Part shown: positions 40,905 through 50,504 of the stretch, in pieces
Numbering within the stretch: position 1 is the first letter of the stretch
How the letters are laid out: every line of letters begins with the position of its first letter
Assembly: GCA_037137455.1 (NCBI GenBank)
Contig: JBAXKG010000003.1
Span: 20,373 to 84,372, forward strand
Length of the DNA stretch: 64,000 nt
Direction: 5' to 3'
Source: Bacteroidota bacterium
GTDB lineage: Bacteria > Bacteroidota > Bacteroidia > Bacteroidales > FEN-979
The notes under the pieces: generated by a model
What the model saw: only the letters and a program-made list of their open reading frames with translations
Told to the model about the DNA's origin: nothing
Database searches by the model: none
Position numbers and translations under genes: made by a program

Positions 40905-43741
40905 GCTTCTTGTGGGTTATCCTCGATCCATTTTTCAAGCTGAGCGATCATCAAAGGGAATTTTATTTTTATTAGCTCAAACAAATTTGGAAGCTTGTCA
41001 AGGTTCTGCTTTTCATTAGCATAAAGATATATGAGATTTATTGTGTCACGTATTGATTGGGTGGCGATGAGGTCCAAACTTGATTTAATTTTATGGGATG
41101 TTTGCAGGATATTCTCAAAATCATCGGCCTCATATGCATCTATCAACGCCTTATAATATTCCGGGATATACTGCAGAAACTTTACTATCATAGCATGGCT
41201 CTGTTTCTTATTATTACCTAAGAACCGGAATAGCTTTGATAGGTCATAGTGAATCTCATCCTGCTGCATATCGCTGCCATATATTTCAGGTGGATTGGTT
41301 CCATCTAAATAAAACTCAGGTTCGATACCAACAGCCTTCAATAGTTTTATATACAAATCTTCTTCGTCAAATGGTTTGGTGATATATTCGTTCATCCCGG
41401 CATCATAAGCCCGTTGAATTGCCTCTTTTGTAACATTTGCCGTCAGTGCGAAAATAGGAATATTCTTATTTATTTCGCTCCGGATAATCCTTGTGGCTGT
41501 CACTCCATCCATTTCCGGCATTTGCATATCCATAAGTACAATATCGTAATAAGTTTGTTTGAGATTCTTAACGGCAATGGTGCCATTTTCAGCAATTTCG
41601 GTTGATGCCCCCCACTTTTCAATGAGTGATTTGACAATGAACTGATTGAATTCGTTATCCTCAACAATCAGGATTTTCTTGTTCTTCAAGGCTGCGGGGT
41701 CAAATTTTACTTTCTGATCTTCCTTCTGGAGCGCCTTTTCATCGGTCGTTATAAATTCCAGAGTAAAAAAGAACCGGCTGCCCTTTCCTTTTTCGCTTTC
41801 AACCTGCAGTTCCCCATCCATCAGGTTCACCAGTTGCTTGCTAATGGCAAGGCCAAGGCCGGTTCCTCCATAAATTCTTGTAACGCTGTCATCTTCCTGC
41901 CTGAACCGTTCAAATATGTAGTTCAGGTTTTCTTTGCTGATCCCGATTCCTGAATCAGTAACCGAAAAAAGCAATCTTGTTTTTGTTTCAGTTTCATCAA
42001 TCAGTTTGCAGGAAACTTCCACACCTCCGGTTTGCGTAAATTTAATAGCATTACTTACAAGATTTGTGAGCACTTGCTGCAGCCGGACAGGATCGCCGAT
42101 CAAAGCCCTGCCAATCCGCTGATCGACACTGGTTGTAAGGGTAATCATTTTTTCTTCAGCCGTATGTTCAAGGGAACTGTAAACCCGCCTGATCATTTTT
42201 TGCAGGCTGAAGGGTATGGCTTCCATTTCAATCTTGCCTGCTTCAATTTTCGAAAAATCGAGAATTTCATTAATAATACCTAATAAATTTTCGCCGGAGA
42301 TAAGTAATTTGTCGTTAAGTTTTTTCTGTTCTGAAGTCAGAGAAGTGTCGTACAGGAGTTTTGACAAACCAATAACCGCATTTAGAGGAGTACGGATTTC
42401 ATGACTCATTTTGGCAAGAAAAAGACTCTTGGAAGAATTGGCTGATTCAGCCTCTGTAGTCGCTTTTCGTAAATCATTCTCAATTTTTTTCCTGGAAGAA
42501 ATATCGCTGTATTGCCATAGATTCCCAAGAAATTTCTGATCAAGAAAGATCGGAATATAATCCCGTTCGAAAATCCTGTTATCGGCCAATTCAATTTCCT
42601 CGCCAATCACTGGTTTTTTTTCTCTGAGAATTATATCAATCCGATTTACAAAATAGTCAGGATCAAGGAATAGTTGTTTGGATTGATTAGCAGAATCGGA
42701 ACAATCTGATCCCAGCAATGCTTCCGGTTCAACCGGAATGCTGAACATGTTACAAAAAGTTTTATTGATCAGGGCAATATTTCGGTATTGGTCTTCCACA
42801 AGAATTCCAGAATTCATATTGGTTATAAGGGTCGCTAACCGCATGGTGATTGATTCCATTTCATTTTGCGCTTTTTTTTGATCAGTGATATCGCGCTGGA
42901 TGGAAATAAAATTGGTAAGTTCTCCCTGTGCATTAAACACTGGCTGAATCTGGAGTCGCACCCAATACGGGCGCCCATTCTTATGATAGTTAACCAGGTC
43001 GGCTTCGATAGGAATCATCATGTTAACAGCTTCCGCAATTTTATTCACGATTTGCTGGTCTGTATCATCACCCTGAAGGATTTCTCCGGGCTTGATCCCT
43101 TTCACCTCTTCAAATTTATAGCCGGTGATGCGTTCAAAACTTCGGTTAACCCATTCTGTAAGGCCGTCTTTGCCTGTAATGATAACAGCATTGTCAGTTT
43201 CCTGTGCAATCAAAGATGCCAGCCGTAATTCAACCTGCATCATAATATTGCCATATATTCCTCCGGCGATATTGCAGATAAAGGACAGGATGGCAACAGT
43301 TTCATCATTAAAGTGGTTTTTTTCAGAACTGACAATACCGAATGCACCAACAGCCTGATCTCCGTTCATAACCGGCACGTAAAGCCTGGAACGTACAATA
43401 AAACTTCTTTCAGATGAAATAGACCGGTGCTCCGGATCATTCTCAGTATCCGGAATATTTAAAATCTCCCTGGTGCGGAAAACATATCCGGGATGTCGTT
43501 CCATTCCTGTACGTTCTGCTTCCCTCAGTTCCTCATCATTAAATCCTTTGGCAACAAGTAATTTTAACTTGTTTTCATGGAAATCGTAAAGGTAAAGACC
43601 CGAAAACTCAATGTCCATAAGATCATCAAGCACAGCTTCAACCTCAATTGCCAGATCATTTAAATTATGGATTGTTGTATATCCGGAGGCAAAACGTTTC
43701 AACCGGTTTAACAATTGCAGATTATCGATAATTTTCATCAT
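40901..43741 (-). CDS. Cytoplasmic hybrid histidine kinase (GAF-PAS-PAS-HisKA-HATPase-REC-Hpt)
   Basis: N-terminal GAF, two PAS domains, SHEIRTPLN, NLVSNAIKFT, GGTGLGL, LMDMQMP and Hpt SHKIKSS. Confidence 0.94.
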   Translation of the reverse strand: MMKIIDNLQLLNRLKRFASGYTTIHNLNDLAIEVEAVLDDLMDIEFSGLYLYDFHENKLKLLVAKGFNDEELREAERTGMERHPGYVFRTREILNIPDTENDPEHRSISSERSFIVRSRLYVPVMNGDQAVGAFGIVSSEKNHFNDETVAILSFICNIAGGIYGNIMMQVELRLASLIAQETDNAVIITGKDGLTEWVNRSFERITGYKFEEVKGIKPGEILQGDDTDQQIVNKIAEAVNMMIPIEADLVNYHKNGRPYWVRLQIQPVFNAQGELTNFISIQRDITDQKKAQNEMESITMRLATLITNMNSGILVEDQYRNIALINKTFCNMFSIPVEPEALLGSDCSDSANQSKQLFLDPDYFVNRIDIILREKKPVIGEEIELADNRIFERDYIPIFLDQKFLGNLWQYSDISSRKKIENDLRKATTEAESANSSKSLFLAKMSHEIRTPLNAVIGLSKLLYDTSLTSEQKKLNDKLLISGENLLGIINEILDFSKIEAGKIEMEAIPFSLQKMIRRVYSSLEHTAEEKMITLTTSVDQRIGRALIGDPVRLQQVLTNLVSNAIKFTQTGGVEVSCKLIDETETKTRLLFSVTDSGIGISKENLNYIFERFRQEDDSVTRIYGGTGLGLAISKQLVNLMDGELQVESEKGKGSRFFFTLEFITTDEKALQKEDQKVKFDPAALKNKKILIVEDNEFNQFIVKSLIEKWGASTEIAENGTIAVKNLKQTYYDIVLMDMQMPEMDGVTATRIIRSEINKNIPIFALTANVTKEAIQRAYDAGMNEYITKPFDEEDLYIKLLKAVGIEPEFYLDGTNPPEIYGSDMQQDEIHYDLSKLFRFLGNNKKQSHAMIVKFLQYIPEYYKALIDAYEADDFENILQTSHKIKSSLDLIATQSIRDTINLIYLYANEKQNLDKLPNLFELIKIKFPLMIAQLEKWIEDNPQEA

Positions 43742-43751
43742 GGAATAAACA

Positions 43752-44168
43752 TTAAATGCAATTCACTGCAGCCTGTGCACAAATCTGATCCTGTTCATAG
43801 TGGCCCCCGCTGATTCCAATAGCTCCAATTATCTGGTTTTCAAATATTATTGGAATTCCGCCTCCCATAAGCATAAAGTCGGTAAAATCATGTACGCCTT
43901 CCCTGAGAATTGGGTCATCCTTGATGAAATCAAACCATGATTTACCTGTCGGGAGTCCGAATCCAACTGCAGTGATTGCTTTTTTTCTGGAAGCATCCAC
44001 TGCAATTAACGGCGCATTATCCATACGGGCAAAAAATTTAATTACTCCGCTTTCATCAACGATAGTGACAGCTATTGCAAGCCCTGACTCCACCGCTTTT
44101 TCAATGGCTGCCTTTGCCATTTTTTCTGCGTCTGTGAGTCCGACCGAATTTTTGGTAAAGTTTTTCAT
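43752..44168 (-). CDS. GlcG/HbpS-family (putative haem-binding) protein
   Basis: IVDESG, RMDNA, KKAITA, GGGIPI and IGAIGISGG-x-x-EQD; no signal peptide. Confidence 0.9.
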   Translation of the reverse strand: MKNFTKNSVGLTDAEKMAKAAIEKAVESGLAIAVTIVDESGVIKFFARMDNAPLIAVDASRKKAITAVGFGLPTGKSWFDFIKDDPILREGVHDFTDFMLMGGGIPIIFENQIIGAIGISGGHYEQDQICAQAAVNCI

Positions 44169-44250
44169 TCTTTTCAGATTTCAATAATTCAAAAATTCAA
44201 GAAGAAAAGGTGATCAGTTTTAATGAGGATAAAAATAGCAATAATAAGTT

Positions 44251-45696
44251 TCATTGAGCAACCGTTGCCCGCTTTACTCCGCTATAGGTTACTGTTTTTT
44301 TATTGCTGAGGTAATTAATCATTGCCTCTGCTGTTGTTGTGGCTGCTGTTTTCCCCTGGTCGCGGTGATCGAATTTGTAAGTAACAGCCATGTAATTGTT
44401 CATGGCGACAGAATAATCCATGGCAGGATCAAGTGGTTTCCCTGATTTGCCGATCATTTTCACGCTCGTACATTGATTCTTCTTATCATTTGTGATAATG
44501 TATGTCATGCCGGAAACCTGGAGGTCGATATCCTTCTCAAGCTTGTACGCATAACAAATCAGTGATGCAATTTCATCGGCATTCATTTTGAAAATCACAA
44601 CCTGGTTGTTGAACGGATCAAGCTTATACAAATCCTTCAGAGTAATGTTCCCTTCGGCCAGTTCAGGCAAGCGGATTCCGCCTTTATTCTGAAATGCAAA
44701 ATCTACTTTAAGCTCACTGGTCAGGGCATCGGTCATCAAACTACCGAGCTCATCGTATCCTGTAATGGTTTTCTCTGTGAAACCTATTACCTGGTCGAAT
44801 TCCTTGTTATCGTTATACTGATCGATGAGTTTTCTGACCTCCTCATTTTCCTTTTTCAGGTCGGCAACAGGAATGACCTCATCACGACGATCGCTTACAT
44901 GTCCATTTTCGATCTGTAATGTTGTTTTTCCAAAGTATCGCAGGTTCGCGCCTGCCTGTAAAATCATTACACCATTTTCCATCAACGGTTTCTCAAGAAG
45001 CGTATGGGAATGTCCGCCGATGATCAAATCAAATTGAGGCATTGAATCGGCCAGGCGCACATCATCCTCGACCCCCAGGTGAGTAAGTCCGACCAGGATT
45101 CCATAACGGTCTTTAAGCCAGGCAAATTCACGGGCTTTGGCCAACCCATTGGTAAATTTGATCCCAGTCATTTTTGAAGGATGTGAACTGGGCAGTCCGT
45201 TTTCATCGAGTTGAATGATTCCCAGAATTGCTAATGAATCACCGTTTTTTGTACCGAGGATAATGTATGGTTTGACAGGATGCATCCGGGCTTCTGATAC
45301 ATCAAGGTTACAGCTGATAAATGGAAATAGGGCCTGTTCAATGCGTTTATTGAGAAAATCCTGGCCCATATCAAACTCATGGTTTCCGAGGGCGCTGACA
45401 TCGAAACCGCAATGGTTCATCAGGTCGATCATCGGAAAGCCCTTATCCGGAATCATGTCGACCACGGGATTCCCGGTAAAATTATCACCGGCGGCTACCA
45501 AAAAAACATTAGGATGAAACCTGCGCAAACTATCCGCAAGATAGGCCAGTTTTGCCAGGTTGTCGATCTTGGCATGCATGTCGTTTGTATGCAGGATAAT
45601 GATCTCTGTCGGTTTTTGTTTTGCTGGTTCCTGAGTGAAACCAATAGAAAACTGAAACAGAAGAGAAGTAAGGACAAGGAAATATCGTTTAAACAT
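44251..45696 (-). CDS. Bifunctional metallophosphatase / 5'-nucleotidase
   Basis: HTNDMH, AGD, GNHEFD, LTHLG, GGHSHT and C-terminal N-x-GGIR; signal peptide. Confidence 0.93.
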   Translation of the reverse strand: MFKRYFLVLTSLLFQFSIGFTQEPAKQKPTEIIILHTNDMHAKIDNLAKLAYLADSLRRFHPNVFLVAAGDNFTGNPVVDMIPDKGFPMIDLMNHCGFDVSALGNHEFDMGQDFLNKRIEQALFPFISCNLDVSEARMHPVKPYIILGTKNGDSLAILGIIQLDENGLPSSHPSKMTGIKFTNGLAKAREFAWLKDRYGILVGLTHLGVEDDVRLADSMPQFDLIIGGHSHTLLEKPLMENGVMILQAGANLRYFGKTTLQIENGHVSDRRDEVIPVADLKKENEEVRKLIDQYNDNKEFDQVIGFTEKTITGYDELGSLMTDALTSELKVDFAFQNKGGIRLPELAEGNITLKDLYKLDPFNNQVVIFKMNADEIASLICYAYKLEKDIDLQVSGMTYIITNDKKNQCTSVKMIGKSGKPLDPAMDYSVAMNNYMAVTYKFDHRDQGKTAATTTAEAMINYLSNKKTVTYSGVKRATVAQ

Positions 45697-45711
45697 GGGA
45701 GTTCGTTTTTA

Positions 45712-45719
45712 CAAAAGTA
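45712..45719 (-). promoter_or_regulatory. -7 box (TACTTTTG) for the 5'-nucleotidase gene
   Basis: Exact TAnnTTTG match 15 nt upstream of the start. Confidence 0.5.
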
Positions 45720-45754
45720 CAAAACAACAGGAAGATGTATTGCAATGACCTGGG

Positions 45755-48700
45755 TTATTTAGGGAGAGTAAATATAAAAGCGCTGCCTTTGCCAGGTTTG
45801 CTCTCTACCCTGATTGTGCCATTGTGCTTTTCAATGAATTCACGGCACAGGATAAGTCCGAGGCCTGAACCACGTTCCTTTTCAGTGCCTTTTCGGGTGT
45901 ATTTATTATCGAGAAGAAATATTCGGGAAATATTTTCCTCGGCGATTCCTATACCGGTATCCTGAACCATTACTTCATAGTGGTTATCCTTTTCTTTTAC
46001 CGACACGGTAATCTGTCCCTGTGGCTGTGTGAACTTGATGGCATTGGTGAGGAGGTTGCGCAAAACGGTGTCGATCATCCGGGTGTCGCCGGTTGCCATG
46101 ATCGGGCCGGCTTCAATATAAGACAGTACAATATTCTTTTTCTCTGCCTGGCTTTTTACGATATCCGTATTTTCAAGAATCCGTTCAGATAAATCGAAGG
46201 AAACCGGCTCGAAATCAAGAGCGCCGGTTTGTGATCTTGCCCAGATCAGCAGGTTCTGGAGCAGATCGAAGGTGTGCTTCGCGGTGTCACGAATATCGAA
46301 AACAATTTTCCGGACCTTTTCCGGTTCCGCGTCACCGGTGTTCCCAATTGCCATTTCCGACAACCCCAGAATGGTATTGAAGGGATTCCGGAGATCATGG
46401 GCAATGATAGAGAAGAATTTATCTCTGGTTGTATTCAGCGCCGACAGTTCATTGTTCAGCTTGTTCAGCTCCTCATTTTTCTTTAATATTTCGGCATTTT
46501 GCTCTTCTATTTGCAGGGTTCGGATGAGCACTTTTTTCTCGAGATGGTCGCGTTCACGAAGAAGTTTCCGCTCACGGATCCGGATATATATTATGATTAC
46601 TCCAACCAAAAATATAAAGTATGCTGTCCATGCCCAGCTGCTCCGCCACCATGGTGGCTTGATGATAATCTTAAGGCTGGGGCCCGACTCATTCCAGAGG
46701 CCATCGTTATTTGAGCCTTTTACTCTAAAGGTATATTCACCGGGAGGAAGGTTTGAGAATGGCACAAAACGGCGGTTTCCGGTCTCAATCCAGTCGCCCG
46801 AAACCCCTTCAAGCATGTAGGCATAACGGTTTTTATCGGGGTTTGTGAATTCCAGGGCTGCAAATTCAATCGTAAACGTATGGTCGTTGTAGTTCAATAC
46901 CACTTCGCTGGCATTTTCCACATCGATATATTCTTTATTTCCTTGTACAGTCTTGAAAAATGATGTGAATACGATTTCGGGGATAAATGGATTGTCTCTG
47001 AGTGAATCAGGGTAAAATGAGTTAAAACCATTCATCCCGCCGAAAAAAATCTCTCCATCACTGCTTTTACAGCAGGCGCGGAGGTTGAACTCCAGGCTCT
47101 GCAGGCCCTCTTCAACCGAATAGGTTCTGAAACTGTTCGTTGTAGAGTCAAACCGGCAAAGGCCGCCACCAGTGGCAAACCACAAATTCCTTTGGTTATC
47201 CTGAAGGATTTCGAAAATTCGGTTATTGGGCAAACCATTCTCCTGGGAATAGTAAATGAAGGTTGAATCATGCTTCACAAACCTGTTTATATATGAACCG
47301 GTTCCAATCCATATATCCCCGTGATAGTCTTCGCATAAGCTGATAACAAAATTATCGCAAAGTGAGTTTGGTTTATTGTTCTTAACGTAGCGCTTCATTT
47401 TTCCCGATTTCGGGTTATAAATATCCAGCCCGCTGAGTGTGGCAATCCAGATCAACCCTTCGCGGTCCTCAATCACTGAATAGACAAGGTTCCCGCTGAT
47501 GCGATGGTTGCCGGATGACTCTTCTCTGAAAACTTCGGTCGTAGATTTTTCAATGTTTATCCGGTACAACCCATTTTGGGTACCTATCCAGTAATCGTTT
47601 TCATGGCTCTGGATGATGCTGTAAATCCTTTCATAGCGGAAGTCGGGCAGGCTGTTGTTTTTGAAAAACTCCCTGAACCGTATAAATCTTTTCGTTATCC
47701 TGTCGTAAATACAAATGCCATCGCGGGTCCCGATCCAAATATTTTTGCGGGTGTCGGCAAAGATTACATGAACAAAATCGTTTGGGATGTATTGTTCCCC
47801 CCATAATCGTGTTGAAAAATAGTCGACCTGGCCGGTCTTGCGATTGAGGAGGTTTAACCCCTGCCCCCAGTTGCCTACCCATATAAGACCATCATCATCT
47901 TTGTAAATTGATGCGATCACATTGCCAAGCAGATTTGTTGAAAAGGGAGTATCATCACGACGATAAAGGTGAAACTTGCGTTGTTTTAGATCAGTTTTGC
48001 TTAATCCCTGGAGGGTCCCTATCCAGAGGTTCTGCGATTTGTCAACCATAAGCGCCAGTATAATATTATGACCAAGGCTATGATTTTCACTTGTGAAATT
48101 TTCCATGATCAGTCTGTCATCATTGGTTCGAGAGGCGCGGTTAAGTCCGCCGCCTTCGGTACCTATCCAGATAAACCCGTAAGGATCGCCTGTAATAGCA
48201 CGGATAAAGTTGTTGCTTAGTGATTGATGGTTGCGGGCATCGGAGTAAAACTTTTTTATTGAATGGTTTTTCTTGTCTAAGCGGTTCAACCCGGATGTGG
48301 TACCGATCCAAATATAACCTGTGCCATCTTCATATAATGCGGTGATTGTATTGTCACTAATCGAATTGAGATCGTTGGCGTTATGGATGAAGTATTTGAA
48401 TTCCGTTGTTCTTGGGTTAAAGCATGCCAGCCCCCTCGTGGATCCAATCCATATCAGTCCTTCCTTGTCCTCAAGCAAAGGCACACGGTTGTCCTTTACA
48501 GAGCCATCATAAGAAAGACTGCTTGTAAAATGGTTAAATGAATTGACTGACGGATTAAAGATCGTAAGAACAGGCGGGGTGTTGATAAGAATATTGCCGT
48601 TCCGGGCAACGCGCGCATCGTAGGAATAATCGGTAACATCATTCGTGTAACCTGTGGAATAATTTATACGCTTGAATCGTTTTTCCTTTCGCAACCATTG

Positions 48701-49012
48701 GTTAATGCCGCCTTTCGTACCTATCCAAAGGTTTCCCTGATGATCCTCGTCAATTGAATATATCCAGCTGTTTGAAAGGGAATTTGAATCGGATGGGTTG
48801 TGTGAATAGATTTCAAAATAGTAGCCATCAAAGCGATTCAAACCATTTTGGGTGCCTACCCAGATATATCCTCTTGAATCCTGGAACACGCAATTGACAA
48901 CACTTTGAGAGAGACCTTTTTCAATCGGAAAGTTAGTGAAAAAAAACTCTTGCGAACGGGTGGTCAGACTTGTAAGAAGAAGGAAAACGATGACAACTGG
49001 CAGCTGTTTCAT
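45755..49012 (-). CDS. Membrane sensor kinase with beta-propeller (Reg_prop) and Y_Y_Y domains; no receiver or AraC module
   Basis: Repeated D-x-x-G-x-(I/L)W(I/V)GT-x-x-GL, YAYMLEG...LPPGEYTFRVK, PPWW plus TM, AHDLRNPF, NLLTNAIKF and GSGLGL; ATG at 49012 preferred over TTG at 49042. Confidence 0.92.
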   Translation of the reverse strand: MKQLPVVIVFLLLTSLTTRSQEFFFTNFPIEKGLSQSVVNCVFQDSRGYIWVGTQNGLNRFDGYYFEIYSHNPSDSNSLSNSWIYSIDEDHQGNLWIGTKGGINQWLRKEKRFKRINYSTGYTNDVTDYSYDARVARNGNILINTPPVLTIFNPSVNSFNHFTSSLSYDGSVKDNRVPLLEDKEGLIWIGSTRGLACFNPRTTEFKYFIHNANDLNSISDNTITALYEDGTGYIWIGTTSGLNRLDKKNHSIKKFYSDARNHQSLSNNFIRAITGDPYGFIWIGTEGGGLNRASRTNDDRLIMENFTSENHSLGHNIILALMVDKSQNLWIGTLQGLSKTDLKQRKFHLYRRDDTPFSTNLLGNVIASIYKDDDGLIWVGNWGQGLNLLNRKTGQVDYFSTRLWGEQYIPNDFVHVIFADTRKNIWIGTRDGICIYDRITKRFIRFREFFKNNSLPDFRYERIYSIIQSHENDYWIGTQNGLYRINIEKSTTEVFREESSGNHRISGNLVYSVIEDREGLIWIATLSGLDIYNPKSGKMKRYVKNNKPNSLCDNFVISLCEDYHGDIWIGTGSYINRFVKHDSTFIYYSQENGLPNNRIFEILQDNQRNLWFATGGGLCRFDSTTNSFRTYSVEEGLQSLEFNLRACCKSSDGEIFFGGMNGFNSFYPDSLRDNPFIPEIVFTSFFKTVQGNKEYIDVENASEVVLNYNDHTFTIEFAALEFTNPDKNRYAYMLEGVSGDWIETGNRRFVPFSNLPPGEYTFRVKGSNNDGLWNESGPSLKIIIKPPWWRSSWAWTAYFIFLVGVIIIYIRIRERKLLRERDHLEKKVLIRTLQIEEQNAEILKKNEELNKLNNELSALNTTRDKFFSIIAHDLRNPFNTILGLSEMAIGNTGDAEPEKVRKIVFDIRDTAKHTFDLLQNLLIWARSQTGALDFEPVSFDLSERILENTDIVKSQAEKKNIVLSYIEAGPIMATGDTRMIDTVLRNLLTNAIKFTQPQGQITVSVKEKDNHYEVMVQDTGIGIAEENISRIFLLDNKYTRKGTEKERGSGLGLILCREFIEKHNGTIRVESKPGKGSAFIFTLPK

Positions 49013-49402
49013 GCAGGCTTTTATGTTATAACAATTTCGCAAATGCCATTTTTTAAAAGGGGGCGTAAGCTCACGTATTATCCATTAGTCGTCCGGAACA
49101 TTAACGGGTAAAGTTAGCGGATTTTTCGGGGATCACACGAAAATCTTTGCATATTATCTATCCCGGGCAATATCCTGCTTTGACGTTGCATCACCACTCA
49201 TGGTTACATGTGCAAAAGCTGCAACGTTATTGAAGTTCTTCCCAGAGGAGCTATTTGCTATTATTATACAGGCACCGCACTATCGGCCGCCGGGCTATAT
49301 TTTGTTGCCATTGACCATCATTGCATTTTCGATTGTTACAGGTGCAGTGCTTCGAAAGGTGTGGACGGGAATATTCGGGGGATTAACTATGCAAAAATTT
49401 CC

Positions 49403-49410
49403 TATATTTG
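49403..49410 (+). promoter_or_regulatory. -7 box (TATATTTG), candidate promoter of the CDF gene
   Basis: Exact TAnnTTTG match about 146 nt upstream of the CDF start. Confidence 0.4.
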
Positions 49411-49556
49411 TTCCCACGAAAACATACATTTGAAAATTCCCAACATTTGTTTTACTGGTCGCTGGAATTCATTTATGTTTTGTGTTATTTGCCAATGCCA
49501 GCTTGAGATAAGGAGAATAAACAACAATTGAGTAGTACGGATAACGAAGAAAATTA

Positions 49557-50471
49557 ATGATGGAAAGCAAGATGGAACAAGAGAAAAAGCGGGTTGCCGG
49601 TGTGTCGGTTTTCGCTGCATTATTTCTCACGGGGTTTAAGCTGGTTGTAGGACTGATTACCGGTAGCCTTGGATTGTTGTCTGAGGCTTTGCATTCAGGG
49701 CTCGACCTTGTTGCCGCGGTGATCACCTGGTTTTCAGTCAGAATTTCTGACAGGCCACCTGATGAAAACCACCATTATGGCCATGGCAAGATTGAAAATT
49801 TTTCTGCTCTTGTCGAGACTTTTTTGTTGCTTATCACCTGTGCATGGATCATTTATGAAGCAATGCGCCGGCTTATCAGCGGGAATACGGAAATAGAAGT
49901 AAATATTTTTAGTTATATCGTGGTCATAACATCCATAGTGGTCGATATTCTACGCTCCAGAGCCCTTTACCGGGTAGCGCGGAAATACAAAAGTCAGGCG
50001 CTGGAGGCTGATGCTCTTCACTTTTCAACCGATATTTATAGTTCAGCTGTTGTGCTTCTCGGCCTTATCCTTGCCAATTTCAAATTTTATTTTGCCGACT
50101 CGGTCGCGGCTCTGGCGGTGGCGCTCATCGTGTTAGGAGTTTCCTGGAGGCTTGGTAAACGTGCTACTGATGTGCTTCTCGACCGCAGTCCTAAGCCGTT
50201 GGTTGCAAACGTTGAATCATTGTTAAAAGGGGCGAAAGATATATTGAGGTATCATGACCTTAGAATACGAACTTCAGGCGCCGAAAATTTTATAGAAGTT
50301 ACCATCCATGTGCAGCCTGTACTTACCCTTGAGGAGGCTCATGAGATATCACACCGGGTTGAAAAACAGATCATAGAATCAATTCCCCGATCCTTTGTAC
50401 ATGTTCATATCGAACCGGATGAGCATCAAACTGAACTGGACATTAACAACATCGTAAATTCAGAATCGTAA
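49557..50471 (+). CDS. Cation diffusion facilitator (CDF) transporter
   Basis: S-x-x-LLSEALHS-x-x-D, PPDENHHYGHGKIE, ADALHFSTD and C-terminal HVHIEP dimerisation domain. Confidence 0.95.
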   Translation: MMESKMEQEKKRVAGVSVFAALFLTGFKLVVGLITGSLGLLSEALHSGLDLVAAVITWFSVRISDRPPDENHHYGHGKIENFSALVETFLLLITCAWIIYEAMRRLISGNTEIEVNIFSYIVVITSIVVDILRSRALYRVARKYKSQALEADALHFSTDIYSSAVVLLGLILANFKFYFADSVAALAVALIVLGVSWRLGKRATDVLLDRSPKPLVANVESLLKGAKDILRYHDLRIRTSGAENFIEVTIHVQPVLTLEEAHEISHRVEKQIIESIPRSFVHVHIEPDEHQTELDINNIVNSES

Positions 50472-50504
50472 CATAATAAATAGTTTACTTAATAATTTAC
50501 TAAC

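Noticed and set aside
42880-43200. LOV-like PAS domain in the 40901-43741 kinase as a blue-light sensor
   Set aside because: The GRNCRFLQG motif reads GIKPGEILQG. The photoactive Cys is missing, so only a generic PAS domain is supported.
46272-46820. 182-aa plus-strand ORF
   Set aside because: Antisense shadow of the sensor kinase.
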